64,000 nucleotides of DNA from Daphnia carinata (lineage: Eukaryota). The DNA lies in NCBI RefSeq assembly GCF_022539665.2, contig NC_081331.1, forward strand, positions 12,896,001 to 12,960,000. Direction: 5' to 3'. Positions 49,588 to 64,000 of this stretch are shown in pieces. Made by a program: the position numbers and the translations under genes. The notes beneath the pieces are model-generated. The model did not search any database, was not told where the DNA came from, and saw nothing but the letters and a program-made list of their open reading frames with translations. Every line of letters starts with the position of its first letter. Positions within the stretch are counted from its first letter, which is position 1.

Positions 49588-52500
49588 TACGGAGTCGCCG
49601 CCGCCCTCTTTATTTATCGATTCGGAGCTAGAGAAACCGGGTGTGTCGAAGAACGTCTTTGACGACGTCGTCATCTCGACCAAAAAGACGGTCTTTACAT
49701 TGCGCTACAAAAAATCGTGATGGTAGGGCGTTCTAAAGACTATAACATTGGACCTCCCGTCTCGTTACAGCTTCCACTACATCCCCATGTCGTTGCTCGC
49801 TGATGAAGTCATTAATGAACGCCTGTACCAGTGCATCGTCAAGAGTCCACGACGAGGTCGGAAGGAGGAAAGAAATGCACAACTACGAAACGAGTTTGCC
49901 GTAGAATTGCAACGTCGCCATATAGTAGTGGGGTGGTCTTAGATTTCGGCGTGATTGATTAAGGCCCGATCTAGCATTTTATTTGATACCTTTGTCACGC
50001 AACAGGAATATGCGGTAAGCATAAAAAAAAACGAATAGACGAAGAGGAAAAAGGATCAATCCGCCGTCGACATTGCCGGAGCATTGCGGTTTGACTGTTA
50101 AGCCTCTGTAGCTGTGATTCGGATTGTTGGTCTGCTCTTCTTCCTATAACACAAAGTAGACTCAAATCTGGGGGGGGGGGGTTACATAGTCTTCGCTGCC
50201 TGCGTTTTCTTTTCAGCTTGTACGAAACATTAAGTCTACGATATAGATGGAGCCTACATAAACACGAGGGGCGAAAAAGGGAGAAAGAGAAGAAAGAAAG
50301 AAAAAAAGATTCAATTAGTTGGAGCAAGGAAGCGAACCGGGTCCATTACTCGCCGAACGGGTTGTGTCGAAGAAATATATAAGGGCATCAGGCTGACAGG
50401 TACTGTATTCGTAGGCCAAGAACGAATAGCAAGGGGGGGGGGGAGGGGAGAGCCCTGATCGGTTTGTTCTCATATTGTTCCATCGATCGATCAGGCCCTC
50501 GCAGCACTCACAGATTGCTCTTGTTATTTATGACTAGCGTTTCTTGTTTTTCTTGCCGCCCGTATTAACGGCCAACGGATCTTATTGTTTTTCAATCAGT
50601 TTGATGGACGCACGTGCTTGTCCGGTATGTGCGTCGGTCTCTGTTCGACATCCTTTTCGCTGCAAATAGAATAACACCTTCGATCAATTGTGAAGTTTCT
50701 TTTCTTTTTTTTTTTTTTTATTTATACAAACAACCTTTTTGTCTATTGAAGTACAAGCGATGCGTGGGCGTGGGAATTGCCTTTATTTTGCGGTGCGTCA
50801 CATGGATTGTTAAAAACAAAAGGATTTACCGATTCTCGAGGAGACAACGCCCAGATTTGTAGTATCATCGGTCAGGCCTGTTTTTGTGTCTTCCCGTTTT
50901 TCAGTGGTTTCAGGTGATACTTAGACATAGTGATAGCGGGAAATTTGAAATGACGTGGCAAAAAAAAAATAACTTGTTGCACTTGTACGGGAGAAAAACA
51001 AACGGGTGGAGGGTTGCACAGGATCATTCCTGTATGGCTTCCAACGGTATTCGTTTACGCGGTTTATCTGTTGATTTTCGTGATGAACGCAGAGCGTTCA
51101 ACAGCCCGCGAGAAAAAGCTTTAATTTGATAAGCGGGTAATTCTTTTCGCCCTCGTCTTCAAGTCCAAATTGTTAAATGTTATTCAACGAATTGTGAAAA
51201 TTTGCATTTTTTTTTTTCTTTAACGGTATTGGCCAAGAGCGTCCAACTTCTTGCGTGAATGAATGACACCGATAAGTGGCAAGATATTGGAGACTTGTTG
51301 CCACTTCGGGGACCTATTTTTTTTAATGTTTGGAGGGCTGGTTACAATACGCGTCGCACTCGTTGCCCGTAGGATTGCTTTTCTTTTTCTTCCCCAATTT
51401 ATTCATTCTCTTCTACGTAGTTAAATTTACTTTTGAGGAAGAGAGAGAGAGAGAGATGGGGTTGCTAAGTCTTCGCGTATCGTCTGTAGGAGAAAATAAA
51501 GCCAACAATAGACCAACGGGGGGAAATGTCGAGAAACAAGTTGCAAGTTGAGAGAGCGAGAGATCTCAACTTGGGACGCAAAGTGAAGGTGAATTACTCG
51601 TTCTACATCTCGACTATATTCCTTTACATGCGAAACGCGAGCAAGTTGGACGAAGGAGCTCTTCCCTTACGTACGACCATCTCGCAAGTTGTAGGGCTGC
51701 ACACGATGGGGGGGGGGGTCTACTTTTTTGAAATGCTTTTAATTGCCTCCTGTCATCGATACAGATGCCTATCGGGACGTCATAGAAAATTCTTGAATTA
51801 AAAAAAAAAAAAAAAAAAGTGCGTTCGATGCAGAAAAGCCAGGAAATGAAATCTCTACTAATAGTTGTGAAAGAGCGGAAATAGCTCTGGTTGGTGATGT
51901 TTTTAGACATGTTTTAAGTGTCGGCAGCCTTCTCCAAAATACGTTATGTTCTATTTACGGCTGTATTTTTCTCACGACGTTTGTTTTCTTATTCAAGACA
52001 TTTTTGCGCGTGCGCTGTCAAAGTCTCGCACACGACTCGGGGAACTCGTTAGATGGATCCCGAAAACGCAATAGATCCAGTCTGTGGATGACGACGACGC
52101 CGGTCGATGCAAGAGCCACTCTCCGACACTGTCTAGAAACCTCCTCCGTGAACTAGTACGCACATTCTCGGCAATAGCTTAACGCGCCTGTGTGAGTCGG
52201 TGGCGTTGTGTGTGTGTGTCTATTGCTCGCTCGACTGTGTGTGTCTGTATGCGTTCACGCTGTCCCTCGTAGACATAGACGTTGCGCCTCGTTCTTTTAC
52301 TGACCAGTCGACAACATCTGTTTGAGCAGGTTAGGTCACATTCTGCCTCCGGCCTTAACCCATCGATCCGACATCGTTTTTTGTTTCTTTTGAAATTTCC
52401 GACATTCGGTTCATCCAATCCGCGTTCACTCACGAGTAAGTGCAATATCTTTTGCAATTGTCTTTCCTTCCCCCCATTTTTTTTTTTTTTTTTTGTTTGT

Positions 52501-55500
52501 AAAGTTCAATTTGGATGCGCGGTGCTAGTCCGTTCTATCGTTATTTGTGGATCGCTTGTAAAGTTATGCCGTTGTTTGCGAGCAAGAGGGGGGGGGGGAG
52601 GGCTTAGATACGTCGCATCGAATTTTCATAACACGAGCACTTGGAGCTTGTCCGGCTCTACGTCAGCCGGAGCAGGAAAATAAGCAACTTGAAATGGAAT
52701 GGAAAATTGAGGAGGGAGTTGCGGGATGGGACAGAAGAGAAAGGTCCAACGTAACATAAAAAAAAAGAAAGGGAAAGAAGGCAGATAGGGTTGTTGTTGT
52801 TGTTGACGAGACAGTCTAGCAGTATAACTTTTTACTACCCGCTTTTGTTTTGTTTTTATTTTTACGTTTGTTGTTTTTGTTTTTTCTTGTTTGTTTTGTT
52901 TTTTACGAGGGTTTGAATAGCTCGGAATAACCAAGTAACTCGGCCAAAATTCTCCAATAACCCCCCCGTCCAAAAAAAAAAATAGCAGCCGACGTCATTA
53001 TCCCAATCTTGTGTTTAAAGTTGAAGGCGCTAGCGGATACGGACTGAGCTGAACGATATACGAAAATGAAGGAGGGGGGAATAGTTAAATATATATATAA
53101 AAAAACGTACACATATCCGTTGGGTAATAGATCTAGGAAACTTGTTGAAACTATTTTTTCTCTTTCCTCCTTCACATTCGGCCGTCCAATTCGTTTTTGT
53201 TGATGCTTGTCATGAACACGCTGTTTGTTTTTTTTTTTGTAGTCTGAGAACCAGGGGAAACGGTTTGTTAAGAATCGATTGTTGCTGCGTAAAAAACAAA
53301 ACAGAAGAAAATTTTTTTACGTTGTTGTTGTTCTATTGTGTCGTTTCTATGTAGAAAAAAGGTTGTCAACATGACTGAGTTTTGAATCCCATTATCTTTT
53401 GTTGGAGAATCAAGAGGGAAGCGAAGGGAGTTCCAGAATAGGAGGAGGGATGCGCCCTAAAACCTTTTTTTTTTGTTACTGCAACGAGCTATTGTTAAGC
53501 CTTGAGTTGAGTCCTACGAGTTACTAATATTGTATACGTAGATACGCGTAGCTTTCCATGCATCCAGCTGTCCACGCGAGTCCATCCGTCCGCTTTAACA
53601 ATCCCGGCGGGCTTGCCTCTCTTTTTTCTTTTTTGCTTTGGCCATTGTGTGTTTGCGTACTTGTCTAACGTGTATTATATTTAATGTAGAATGATACTTA
53701 ACTATCGGCCGACATGTCGCAACCCATTTCTACACGAGCTTGCCCATTTACAATGAACGGGGGAAATAGGGAAAACGTTAGCCAATCCTTTTGTGGGACA
53801 AAAACGAGTCTCCAGTGCACAATATCGAGGTTTTAAAAAATAATGTTTTGACGTGATGGATACGTCCATCCTCGTAGCACTTTTTGAGACTCGTAAAGGC
53901 ATTTGCGTTTGTTTGCCACGGTTGTTTCTTATACCCATTTTTGTTTTCTTTCGGACGGACGTTGGTTGGCCTAGAGCACATCGGCGTGAAACATTATCCT
54001 GTTGACAGAAAGTCTTTGTAGGCCTGTAGGAAATTAAGTTTTCGGTCGGGTTCGAAACATGGGGCGTTTTTTTGGTCCTTAGCTTGTACTTTGTGTTTTT
54101 TAAATAGGAAAAAACCTTACAAGTTATTGACTAGGCCCCATGTTTAGGCTTTATTCGAGGGAAGGGGGGTGATTTGATTTACGTACTACTTACGTCTACC
54201 CTTTTTTTTTCTGCTGAAAATTTTCGGCTTCCTCGTTTATTTTTTTGCATCTTCTCTGAGCTAAATACGGGATGCAAATCGGCTTACGCACGTAAGGATT
54301 ACTCGTTTGTTCCAGTACCAAAGTCTTGACGCATTCTCTTTCAAATTGTTATTTTTGTTGCTGCCAATTACCTTGTGGTTTGCGTGCGTCTTACAAACTC
54401 CTAACTTTGTCACTATGGCACAAACGGGAAAAGGTACGAATCAAACTTAGTCTAGATGCCGAACGACTCCATTGAAGATGTCAATGCACTTGGGGGTCGT
54501 TTAGCCGAAAGAGACAATTGATTTGGCGACGTAACGAGAATCAATTTGTCTCTTTTCCTTTTTTTTTTCGTATGTGGCGTTTGACTGGAGGAGAGAAAAA
54601 AAAAAATCAGCCTTTACGACTACGGCAGCATTAAAGACGTTTTGTTTTTTTTTTTTTCGTTTTTGTGTCAATGTTCTTTGCGTTGAAAATGTCTTATTCT
54701 CTCTTTCGAGCAAGGATCGATTCATCGATCCTTGTTTGAGTTACTCTTTTTTCATTGTTTGATTTGAGGCAGAGCTGGTCTTGCCAGTGCACATAAAGAG
54801 ACAACGAACGATTGGGCCACGTTAGAAGAAGAGATGACAGAAACTAAAAAAAAGAAAAAAGAAAGAGAGAGAACCGTAGTGCATCAAAGGCACATGGATA
54901 CTATTCTCCATATGATCAAATATTGATCATGCAAAAGCATTAAAAGGCGGCAAAGGAAATGTATAGCTAAGCCTTCACCGCATCTACTTGTCAAAACAAA
55001 CCCTTCCATAATAAAAGAAAAATGAAAAAAAAAAAAAAAAACCTAGATCGTCATCTACCATGTCGACGTTGATTAGATCCGCAGGTGAAATTGGTTCTCC
55101 TTTCTATTCTGCCTTTCAAGCAAATAAGGTCGCCGTTGACGTATAGATTTTTTTTTTCTTTTTGCCTTTTCACGTGAATATATGGTGGCCCTTTTTTGTC
55201 CCACGAACTTATATAAGGAACATGTAGGGCGCAAGGGGCTGTATTCTGTGTGCAAGAAGCTATACATTCATTATGAATATGTAGCTGGAAGAAATGAGCG
55301 AACTCTTATGCATATAGCAATAAGGAACGAGGAAAAAATGGGGCTGGAAATGCATCAAATTTTGACTATGCCGCTTTGGCTTGCGACTATCTGACAGACT
55401 TACAAAAATAAAGGGGGCCTTGCTAAAAAAAAAAAAAAAAAAAATCGAATAGCTAGAGGGGAATAGACATCGAATTTTCAGCTGTGCCATCTACAAGTCT

Positions 55501-57586
55501 GGAACGTACGAGGCAAAGGATTAGATAGTTGCTTTTCCTACCAAAAGAGCTGTTTGAATCGATAACGAGAAACGAAGCGAAAAGAGAAACTGCTGCACAG
55601 TATATATATATATAGTTGGGTTCATTTTGAAATAGTGGAATTGGTAGGGAGTAAAAAAAAAAAAAAAAAAAAAAGAGACTCTCCTCCACTTATCCATCGA
55701 TTTATTGATTCCGGTCGGATGGCAAAAGAAACTAGTCCATGCTCTCCGTTCAATTACACGTCCGCGCAGACATACGGATCGACTAGATTGTCTATTTTAT
55801 CCTCACCGGCTTATATATATATTTTTGTTTCTTAGCTAATCAAGATAACTACGTAGTTTTTGTGTAGTCTACGTTTTCATGTTTTTTTTTCTTGTTTTTG
55901 TTTTTTTTAGTTTCAAATTTCCCTTTTTTCTCTTTTATCGTTCTGTGAATTTCTAACGCGAGCTTATCGATCATTCGAAAGTCGAGTGTTGGTGCACGTG
56001 AAATCAAGATGTCGATTGTACAAACAGAAGGGATTCGTGAGAAGGGAGAAGAAATAAAGAAGATACTCGAAAATGTCCTTACAAAAGAGAAAGGAAAAAA
56101 AAAATGAAAATATTAGACGTCGGTGATAGAACAGCGTCGCTTTTGCTATATATATAGAAAGAGAATGAGAAAGTCGGGACAATCGCAATTGGTCTCGAGT
56201 TGATTCTTTCTGGTCACGTCGGACCCCGATCCTCTTGGCACCCCAGCAAAAAAAAAAAAATAAAAATAAATAAGAATCAAATCACATCGTAAAAAAAATA
56301 GAGAAATAAAATGTGAAGGGAAAGCAGCAGACGGAGACAAGAGGTTTCCCAGGAATTTGCCCAGTGATATGGGAATTTCGTGAATTGCTATTGGCCCAAA
56401 GGCAGTGATGATTGCCCATCACATCGTCCATCTGTCAAATCGAGAATTCGATCACGTTCCGCTATGTGTAAAATGCGAGAAATGCATACCTTCAGCTTGT
56501 TCGACTTGATAACACAAAAAGTCCAGTGATTTTTTTTTTTTTTTTCTTTTGCTTTTTAAATCAAGAATTCCAAGCTCAACTTGATGACGACCCAAAGTAT
56601 TGATCATCTGTTGCGTTGATGAGGAGGGGAGAGAAAAAAAAAATGAACGCGGATGTCGTGGGTTGCGCACATCCGTTGTGGTTAACGAGTTTTCTCCAGC
56701 TGCGGTATTAGTTGTTAGTTATCTAATGAAAAGGTATAGAGTCGGAGAAGAATGAAAAACAGGACATCGGGTTCCTTTTCATTCCGTGGGAAGTTAAAAA
56801 ACATTTCTCCTTTCATTTCCCGACTGTGATTGAGCTCTGCTGATTGAATCGGCAGTCGCGCATCGGAATGTCTCCCCTTTTTCTTTCCGCCCTTCTCATT
56901 TCTTTTTTTTTTTTTTTCTTTCTATTTACGTCCCTCTTTCCATGATTTGAAAGGCAACAGGCCCTGGCCGTAACGCAATCGTTCGCTTGGTTGCCTCAAT
57001 CCAATCACGGTCGTTTCCCTACCTCTTGCCGCTATACCCCGTTTTTGCCGCCGCTTATTCAAACACAAGTTCGACGCAATTGCCTTTGGACCGATCGACA
57101 AAAGAATTCTGATTGGACCTTAATCTCGTGAAACGATTTGGCACGTTTAATTTGATGTTTGGAATTCAAAATTCACGATAGATGTTTTCACGAAAAAAAT
57201 GCGAATATTATATTTAATCGGCTTTCTCTCTTCTATTTTTTTTTAAAAACAACTTTAGGTGAACTGTAGTCGCTGCGCTTGCCGTCCTCTGCCAAGAGCA
57301 AGTGGTGGTTCGTGCGGAGTCGCAGCTCGAGTTTCCAACCCGGGTCTGCGTTTATTGGGGTGCGTGAGCTCAACTGGTCTATCGACCGTCTGCGTGCCGA
57401 CGTTTCTTATTAACAAGGTCACAAAGTTCTGAATTTTAAACTTTTTCCCTCTTAAAGTTGGAACGTCTGTCGTTTTCAGCGCGTGTGCCCGCAATTTTTT
57501 AAGTACGATTTCGTTATGTTTTAAACAGTCGGCGTAAATCGAACTTTGTTCGGCTGACGTCGCGAGTTTTTCCGGCGTTTAAAACG

Positions 57587-57787
57587 ATGGCCAACCGGCC
57601 GCCCTTTGCGCTTTGGTTGCCATCGGTGATCGTGTGCGTTGTAGCCACCGCGACCTACTGGAATGCGCTGCAATGCGGTTTCGTCTTCGACGACATTTCG
57701 GCCATCAAAGACAACAAGGACTTGAGGCCGCACACGCCCGTAGCCAACCTCTTCTACAATGATTTCTGGGGCACGCTCATGACAAAG
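57587..57787 (+). CDS. TMTC3: Protein O-mannosyltransferase TMTC3, first coding exon; the remainder lies beyond the window
   Basis: [38 protein letters not shown] matches TMTC3 (CGFVFDD.SAI.DNKDL...F.NDFWGT). AAG|GTAAGC donor at 57788; the expected next exon (SHKSYRP) was not seen in the window. Confidence 0.85.
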
Positions 57788-59299
57788 GTAAGCGTTAAAA
57801 AAAAAAAAAAAAAAAAAAAAAATTCCATCTCCTTTTAACGTATGCGAAAATGTGTGAAATCTTCCCGATCCAATTTCCTGTTATGGAACGCGAAACGATA
57901 TTCTTTCGGCCTATCATCGATCCGTTTATTTTATTTTATTTTATTTTTTTTTATTTGTTTAAATAAGACGCGAGGGAAACGCATTTGAGGTTGTGAAGTA
58001 CGTTCTTTTTCTTACTTTCGGCCGACGTCTATGTGCCTCTTAAAGTGCTTGTAGTTGGCTCTGCTTGCAGTGTAGTGCGGAGGCAAGTTGGCCGGAACTA
58101 TTTTTTGATCGCCTCAGAGGGCCGCCTCACGGTTTTCTTTTTCCCCCTCGTCTTTCGTAACCGACGGACATGTCTATCGATCGAAGGCAATCGAAAACCC
58201 CACTACCGGGGGGTGTACGTCCTATCGTCATCGGGATAACTAAGAATTTGAGGCGACGTTTTGTCGGCTAGTCGTTAATTAAAAAAAAAATTGCGGCAAA
58301 TAAGAAAGGGAAGAGCGTCTCATTTTCTTTTTATTTGTTGACGTTTGGTTGTCGGTTTCTGAGTTGTAACTTATTCAACTTAACTTTGTCCGGCTTCACG
58401 AAAAAGCTGGCCGATGTTTGTGGGACGCGCTGCAAATTGTAATCCTGACGATAACATCGATCAATTTCCGGAAACGCCCTGATCCAGAAAATTATTATTA
58501 TTATTTTTTTTTTTAATTCTTCCGTTACCTGTTACCGGCCTCGAATGACAACAAGTTGATCTCCGCAGGATCACAACATTTAATGTATGGCTTCTCAATT
58601 GCAGAGCGGGAAATGCTCCTTGTCGTGAATCAAAACTAATGCCGATTGCAACGGATGTTCAATTCGAAAAAGTTTGCCTCGTGAAACGGGTCCGCTCGCA
58701 CTGCTCATATCAAAATTAATGGCGTACCGCTTTCCTTGCAACGGAAACAAACAGTGGGTTGTAAAAAAAAAAAAAAGCCAAAATAAAATGGGGTTGGTGG
58801 GGCATTTTTACCACAGCCAATCAGCAAACTTATTCTGCGCATTGATCCCACTGTTTGCATGGCATTGATCTTGGGTTTCCTCTCTCCTACTCTTGTTTCC
58901 TTCCTCTACGCACTTTTGATATCCGCCAAAAGAAGGGGAAAAAAAAGGGTAATTGCACATGAAATAGGAAAAACAGAGAAAAACAAAAGATCTGAAAAAG
59001 TGAACTGTGTAGAAATGTGAAAAGAAAAGGAAAAAAAAACAAACAAACAAAAAGGTCGGGTGAAAATGGAGTTGTAGCAAACTGGCAACAAAGTCCTTAG
59101 CCCCCCCCCCCCAACAATATATATATATATAAAGTTTGCCTCCATCGTCTAGTATTAAAGTGCTGGTGGGCCTCAAGAAGCGATCCCAAAGGAAAAGCTT
59201 CATTACCAAGTCATCGTCATAGATCGCCAACTTTCTTCTTCACGGGTCCTGGCTTCCTTTTGTTCTAATCTCTTCCGATCTCATCCAACATCAGTCAAG

Positions 59300-59327
59300 C
59301 CCCCCCCCCCCCCCCCCCCCCCCCCCC
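59300..59327. repeat. Poly-C tract of 28 nt in the TMTC3 intron; a 24-nt poly-G tract lies at 60861-60884
   Basis: Read directly from the sequence. Confidence 0.9.
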
Positions 59328-62300
59328 TTTTCTTCCCTCGGCTGCCACCATCGTTTCCCACCGAAAAACTTCCCACATTAATATACGACCCTCCGTAAAA
59401 GAAAAGTCATCACACCCTTCATCATTTTCAGGGACTTTTTTTTTTTTTTTTTTTTTTTTATGATGGGACTCGCCCTTTTTCTTTTCCCTCCCTTTAGTTG
59501 AGTAGTATTGCACACTCCACTGGTGCGTGCCTCGAATCATCTAGTTGCTTGCCGGGGCACAACGAGCAGTTTGGGACCTGTATGCGTGTAGGACGCGGGT
59601 TAAAAGGTCCGCAAAAGTGAGAGGGTTAGTCACCTAGACGACTTTGATGGACGATGAACTTGTGTTGCTTTTCCTTTTTTTTTTTTTTTTTTAAAGAAGC
59701 ACAATTTTTTATTTCTGTCCTCTTTCTTGTTTATACGGTCGCAATCGTTCTGCCAGTGCAGTACGCAGCGGCCTTTCTTTTTTTTTCTTTCAAGTGCTTA
59801 TTCGTTGGAAATGAAACATTTGATTCCATTATGGTCGTCCATCTTTGACGGGCAGGTCTATTACTGTTATTATCATTAGGATGGCGAGTACGTAGACGGG
59901 GCGTCCGCCATTTACTACTACTACCCCCGTTTTCCTCTTTTTCCCATTTACGTCTTTATAGCGCTCTTATTATTCTCGATGATGATGACCAAACCCATTT
60001 CCTTTTCCCGGTAGAAAGAAAAAAGAACGGACGGCTTTTTTTTTTTTTAGTACTTTAACGTTAGTGGAAAAAGGGCGGAGGGATTACGCTCGCATATAGT
60101 ATTCGATGAGAGAGAGCACTCTACTACCCCATCTGAATACTGAAAATAGTCGACTGGCTTTCAATCATTTTTGCGCTCCCCCCCCCCTTCACCGTTTGCA
60201 TTGACAACATCATTTTCGCTTATTGCAAATGGGTGCCGGGCCTCATAAAATATGTGAGGAAGGGGGGAAGGGTGTAGTTTTTTTTTTTTTTTTTTTTTTT
60301 ACTACGCTGAGAGCTGGAAAATGAATGCGACACATTTAGGCCTATACACTTTGTTGATTGATTTCGGCACGCAAGCCGTTCCTTGTATATACACACGTAT
60401 TCACACTGCGATCCATTTCATTGTGTGTGGTGTGTGTGTGTGTGTGCGCACGTTTGCATTATTATTATACACAATGTAACGCGAAGAATGTGACGACATG
60501 TGTAACTGTGTGAAAAAGGATGGCAAAAGGAAAAAAAAAAGAAAAGGGCAGACGACGCCGTTCCGCCCCCATTCTCACGCAGCCCTTGCGTTTCTCGGTA
60601 GAGCCATCCGTGTGCCTTTTGTTATCAGCCTGGCCGTCATTCTTTATTTCCCACGTCGTATTTAAAAAAAAAAAAAAAAAAAAGTGAGAAGAGAACTCGC
60701 CATGCCCAACTTTTTTTTTTTAGAGGGGGGAGAGGGGGGCCTCTCCCAACCGCATCACATTAGATAGAATGCAAACGTGTCGTTTGTCCTCCTAGCCGGA
60801 CGTGTAATGACGACACCTCCATTCTTTTTCGCTGCCACCATGCAATAAAAAAGAAAAAACGGGGGGGGGGGGGGGGGGGGGGGGAATATCAAGAACAATT
60901 TCAACAAAAAATAAAAAAAAAATATATACCTTTCGTGTTGTATGCCGTTCTCTCTTTTGTTTGAGCGATGCAAAATCGCCTTACAACCAGAGAATGGCGT
61001 GGAATAGGAGGGGCAACAACAATAGGCTTTTTGAGTGTGTGTGTATGTGTGTGTATGTATGTCTTTCGGTATATATATATATAGGCTGTACATATTTATA
61101 TGGGGAGGTCTGACACGCCAGTCGTTTGTTTCCGTGTTGGTTCGTCAGTGAGGGCAAGCCTGTCCTCCCTTACCCCTTTTCATCACTCGTTCGTTACCAT
61201 CAATAACGTTGGCTTGTTTCGCCCTTTTTCGTGTGACGTGGAACGCAACAATAAATAGCAAGCCGGGCGGGTTAGCCATACAGTAACTAACAACGACACA
61301 TTTTCAGATAGGGTCGAATAAAAGAATTTTTGAGTTTTTCTTTTTTTTTTTTTTTTTTGTTATAACATTTGCAAACAATTCGATTATTCAAAATGGACTG
61401 ATGTAATCCGATAATGAAGACAGGTCCGGATATCGCGTATAGTGCGACACGTCGTGTTCTCGTAATCAAGGGGGGGGGGGTGAACGATAGACACGAAAAA
61501 AAAAAAGAAGAAGAAAGAAACACATTGAAATAGAATGAACTTGATTGTTGGACAGTAAAAAATAAATAAGGGAGAGTTGGGGGGGGGGGACGAATTGCTG
61601 TAAATAAGAAGAGATGAAGTTAAGAGATGTGTGTATCCATGAATTGGATTATACGCAGTGCCTTGTGTGACGCCCAGCAACTGATTGTGAGTGTTTCCCC
61701 AGAATCGAGTTATACGGCGACCGGCCACTGTGTCTCATATTTTTTTCATTTTCTATTCTTTTTTTTTTTTTAGTTTTTCTTTCGTCTCTTTAAAAACAGT
61801 TTTTTTTTTATATTTTTCAATCTGGAGAACTTGAACCCGTTGTAGTCGTTTGAGAGTCGCGTCCATCTTTCGCCCTTTTGACGTTCGAGTTTTGTGAGAT
61901 GGTTCGTTTTGAACGATTTCAAATAGGGACTGTTACATTTTTTATTACTGACAAATGAAAAAAAGAAAAGAACATTCTTTTATGAGAATAACAAGCCAAT
62001 AGTTGAGAATGGATGTAAAAGTTTCTCTCTCTCGTTTTTCTTCTCGCTCCTCTGGTAGAAATTGTCGATTCGTTTTCTATTTCTTTCTACCTCAATTTCC
62101 GCTTGGTTGAATCGCCTTTGCCTGCCATTGACTTGGCCCAGTCTCTGATGGTTCCTTTTTTTTTTTTATTCCTTTCCTCTTCGTTCTTTTGTAATGATAA
62201 AGAATGAGGGAATCCGTGAACATTGTGGTGTTGGCCGCTTGTGTCTCGTGAAGAAAGAGGAAGTGCGTTGGGGTCTCGTTTGTTCTTTCCGTCGGGGAGC

Positions 62301-64000
62301 TTTTGTGTGTTGCCTTCACACGTTCGCAGCGGACATTGTAACGATCAATAATCATCGGAATACAGACACCCAAGCAGGGCGAAACGAGAAAATTATAGAA
62401 ACTAGAGAATTTCGTCATCATCGTGATTTTTGTTTTCATACTCACGAAAATGCGAGAAAAAAACAAAACAAACAATGCGAACGTTTGCACGTTAAACCCG
62501 TCGCTATGAATCATAAATGTTTTTCAGCACGACGGCCAGCATGTTGGAGTGCGAAGGATGTTTTTGCATATTTACTCCTTCAGTAAATTGCGTACGAGGA
62601 AAAAGAGAAAAACAAAAGCAATGAAACGTAAATGAGTAGTATTGCGCATGCCGTTATTCCATTTTTTTTTTTTTTTTATATTTTGAATCAGATTTACGCC
62701 GTGTGTGTTTGTACGATTCGTAGCAAGTAAATAAGCTTAAATCCGTAAGACGTTGTTTACATTTTTCGGGTGAAAAGGACAACTGGACAAAGGGGCGGAT
62801 TCGTTTTCTAGAAAAAACAAACAAAAAACAAACAAGGGAATTAACTTCAGGGGAAAAAAAATATGGAAGCCTTTCAAAATATCCGGCCAATGGTCAGTCG
62901 TCCACCTTTAGGAAGTAGCGGTTCGTATTTTTTTTTTTATTTGAAGGATTTTGCGGCGAATTATTTTTTGAAAAAAAACAAACAAAAAAAACAGTGTATA
63001 CACGTCTGCGTTACGCTGAATCAAACAAACTGCGTTTCTTACGGGTTTCTCTCGTTTTCTTGGACTGCCCCAAAGAAAAAAGGGACCATCTCGTGCTATT
63101 TGCTTTGTCAACAATCGTAATAGGGTAGATGTATGCTTGTTAGCGACATGACGATCTTGCAAAAAAGGGACAGTGAATTTCAAAGTTGCATCCGAATTTT
63201 GCGCCAATAAAACATGAACAAATTGCGAACGATGCGTCCCTGGCCTATATGCAAACATGAGGCGAAGACAATTAACATTTTAGAAGCGCTTTTGCTCTTC
63301 ACACGCTTGATCTCTAACCTCTTAACTTGATGTCGTTAACTGCACAAGTTTACGTCTGCCCATCATTATCTGTCCTATGACAATTGATGGACCCAGCCGG
63401 GGCCGGTGCGAAACTACTACAAAGTCAAGAACTAGCGAGGAACTCGAAATGACGACAGCCTCCACTCGAATGGACGTTCCATTGCTAATAGGGTCCCAAT
63501 TAAGTTTGTGAAACGAATTAGGCCGAGCCCGAGACGTTTCTCTTTGTGTCGATCTATTTTATTTTTTTTTTTTTTCTTCTTCTTCTTCTTCTTCTTGATA
63601 CCTTAGCAATTTGGTCCCTCAGATGCTACACGCTTTTATGGTGAAGTATTTAAACAAAAATGGCGTACGATGGACAATGCGCAGTGCGTTCATCAATCTT
63701 GGCTTTTCTATCGGGAGTTTCTCAAGCGACAGGAAATGATGATTTCTTCCTGGTCTTGTTACTGAATGCGCCGTAAATTCTTTATCGCTGACGGGTCCCC
63801 CCTTTCGATGGGCAATCTTTCGGTCAATGATTGCGCATGAGGCAAAGACATTCTCGCTGTATGGGCGTCGTAAAAGACGTGCCGATAACAGCTGGCCCAT
63901 CGCAGAAACATGTGAATAGAAAAAATATGAAGAAGAATAGCGACGACTCAAAGTTAACCCATTTGTTCGCGGTTCAGCAATCACGTTTGCGCAGGAGTGG

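Noticed and set aside
50443..50500. Hairpin CCTGATCGGT...ATCGATCAGG as a possible pre-miRNA
   Set aside because: The stem is only about 10 bp with a large loop, and it matches no miRNA I recognise.
48500..64000. Numerous 60-140 aa ORFs rich in F/K runs
   Set aside because: Products of poly-A/poly-T tracts in intergenic and intronic DNA.
1..64000. Prokaryotic systems (CRISPR arrays, operons, IS elements), rRNA, intact tRNA, U12-type introns
   Set aside because: The sequence is eukaryotic, with no repeat-spacer array, transposase or rRNA seen. None of the intron donors I examined had the RTATCCTT U12 signature.

Overview
Gene-dense eukaryotic invertebrate DNA with many 47-110 nt GT-AG introns and long homopolymer runs. 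The architecture and proteins suggest a crustacean such as Daphnia (inference). Genes from left to right: 3' end of ZDHHC16 (+); Brr2/SNRNP200 (-); a ZNF395/ZNF704/GLUT4EF-family C-clamp factor (-); a secreted-type CULT (cereblon thalidomide-binding domain) protein (+); RAMAC/RAM (+); NAPRT (+); a candidate small secreted peptide precursor (-); a GT31 beta-1,3-galactosyltransferase (+); a stand-alone secreted clip-domain protein (+); an RDH11-14-like SDR (-); two tandem CD36/SR-B paralogs (-); WDR19/IFT144 (-); and the first coding exon of TMTC3 (+), followed by a long intron running off the window. The most striking observation is that the spliced CULT CDS stops only 6 nt before the RAMAC ATG, in the same exon (TAG-TAA-AAT-ATG). 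This points to a bicistronic or shared-exon locus. Other notable items are a cluster of five perfect CRE palindromes in the C-clamp gene introns, an intron present in only one CD36 paralog, a stop codon that doubles as a possible splice acceptor, and candidate micro/cassette exons. All gene models were built by eye from splice signals and remembered family motifs; no searches were run.
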